From assembly GCF_009914755.1 (NCBI RefSeq), contig NC_060926.1: a DNA stretch of 64,000 bases; one strand, 5' to 3'. A program made the position numbers and the translations under genes. The notes below the pieces were generated by a model, which made no database searches, was not told where the DNA came from, and was given only the letters and a program-made list of their open reading frames with translations. Shown piece by piece: positions 61,948 to 64,000 of this stretch (positions are counted from its first letter, which is position 1; every line of letters starts with the position of its first letter). The stretch is from the human T2T-CHM13v2.0 reference genome, Homo sapiens.

Positions 61948-62579
61948 CTGGATAGGAAAATTAAAAAAAAAAAAGCATTATTAAAAGTTACAAGATCAAC
62001 TTACTTAATACAACTTGGTTTATACTTAGGAAGGAAATAGTGAACCATTTTGATGATTCAAATATATTTGGCAGAATGGGTCTCTTACAAAGGCAGGTTA
62101 TATTTGGATTTCTTGGTAAATGAATATTCTAAATGTACCAAAACCACTAGCTGTTTAAAAGACTCTTCCATGTAACTTAGTGTGAAAAATGAAACATTTT
62201 TTGTAGCAAAAATAATCAAATCCAATTATGCCTGTTTCGTATGTTTGAAATAGTTATAGGATTCCTATACAAGATGATCAATTCTTCCAATGCAAAATGT
62301 TCTCTGGATTTTCGTACTCCTTACACCTTTAGCACCTGGAAAATTTTAGCCAAATGCCATATCATAAAAAACCAGAAACAAGCCAAAGTCATGGAATTAG
62401 ATCATGGATTTAGGAGATCTACCAAAATAAACATACAACTCATTTAACATACAATAAAGCCCAAGCTGACTGGGACACATGCAGCACGGTCTCTCTCTGC
62501 CTCCCTTTACTCTAAGAACTCAATGCTAAAATTAAAAGCAATTTCCTATTATGTTGATTGAAAGATTAAGCTTTATATA

Positions 62580-62937
62580 CAGTCATTCATCACTTAACAA
62601 TAGGGATACCTTCTGAGAAATGTATCGTTAGGCGATGTTCTTCTGCAAACATCAGAGCGTTCTTACATAAACCTAGATAGTACAGCTAACCACACACCTA
62701 GGCTATATGGTACAGCTGACCACACACCTAGGCTATATGGAATCATCTATTGCTCCCGGGCTACTAACTTGTACTGCTGTTACTGTACTGAATACTGTAA
62801 GCATCTGTAATACAATGGTAAGTATTTGTGTATCTAAAATTAGAAAAGGTAGAGTAAAAATAAGGTAGTATAGTCTTATGGGACCACTGTTGTATATGTG
62901 GTCCATCATTGTTAGAAACATCATGTACGGCATTTGA
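62580..62937 (+). mobile_element. Tigger3a MITE with an internal ~30-bp tandem duplication
   Basis: CAGTCAT...TTCTGAGAAATG...ACACACCTAGGCTATATGG (twice)...TCTTATGGGACCAC. Confidence 0.85.
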
Positions 62938-63524
62938 TGGTCCTCACATCCAGGTTATCCAGAAGTGTATGAAAAGAAAATGAACTCCTGGGTTTCTGCA
63001 ATCTCTAAGGTCCTGCAACCACCTCTCTCCCCTGTTTCTATTCCTGGCTCTCTCTCACCTTTTTATTGTATGAACTCCTCAAACACTGAAAAATGATCCG
63101 AATATAACTGCAAGTTGCTTGTGATGTTTACAAATTCTTTCCTTTCTTTGTTCAGTTTTGCAAACACTCCAATTTTCATTTCAGCGAAGAAGAGAATTTT
63201 CTGCTCAGGTATTTCTTTGAGATTCTATTCTTCAGGGTCAAGAGCAATTCTGAATTCTGAATTCCAATTCTGAGCCAAGATGGACTAAGCTCTTAATTAT
63301 AATGGGGAGGGAAGGGAAAAGACCACTTCTCTCTTTGTGTCTTTTCATTTTAACCCAGTCACTGAAAAGAGTGAAGGAGGAGGTGGTTGGTTATCAGAGA
63401 GCCAGAGCTAAACTGAGCTGCCTAATTTTAACAGCGTCTGAGACATTTCTCACTCTGGCACTCTAAGCAATGCAATAACCCAACTCCTCATGGCCCAAAG
63501 CCCCAGACTCTGGTTTTCAGACAA

Positions 63525-63550
63525 AACAACAACAACAACAACAACAACAA
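63525..63550. repeat. (AAC)n microsatellite
   Basis: Directly visible. Confidence 0.9.
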
Positions 63551-64000
63551 AAACCCACCGTTATGACAGTCCTGCCGCTGAGCTAACCAGAACCTGGCTG
63601 CACTACTTTCCATTCACTGCCCAACCCTTTCCTGCCTTGCAGACTTGGAAAGCAAAAATGACATTTTGGAAAACCTGGTTCACCTTCCCAGCCAGAAGTG
63701 CAGAACTGCATGCCTCAACCTCCAACTTCGGACAGGCCTCCTGACAGCGAAGATCAGAGGCTCAGGGCACCCCGGGGCCCCTCAGGCAGGGAACGTGCAT
63801 TCCCACCCCTGACTCCCCTCGCACCGAAGCTGCACATGCTCCTTCTTCCCTGCCTTCCTCTGCATGCTCCTTGGACCCAAGCTGAACCCTTTCTTCCTCT
63901 CTCCATCTACAATTACAAACGCAAATTCTCAGCCAAGGATGAAAGAAGTAAATTGTAGGCTCGCACAATATCAATAATTCCGCGGGTCACAGCATCCCGC

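Overview
Primate (very likely human) genomic DNA. The right ~25 kb holds most of CHST10 (HNK-1 sulfotransferase) on the minus strand: five coding exons that splice with canonical GT-AG sites into a 1071-nt, 356-aa ORF, one 71-nt 5'UTR exon, and a ~1.4-kb 3'UTR. Exon 1 and the promoter probably lie just beyond the right edge. The left ~35 kb is intergenic and mostly nested transposon debris: old L1, MaLR/ERV1 LTRs and many Alus. It contains two notable inserts. One is an internally deleted HERV-K(HML-8/HERVK11, MER11 LTR) provirus (8828-12811, minus) whose env has no frameshift and keeps its splice acceptor, start codon and LTR poly(A) signal. The other is an old-type cytochrome c processed pseudogene (16178-17455, minus); its 5' junction carries a templated palindrome and was later copied, inverted, into an L1 about 1.2 kb away. 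No new protein-coding system is evident. The best leads are this templated-insertion chronology, the promoterless env cassette co-oriented with CHST10, and two tiny uORFs in the CHST10 leader. Repeat subfamily names come from recalled consensus sequences rather than alignments, and repeat boundaries are approximate.
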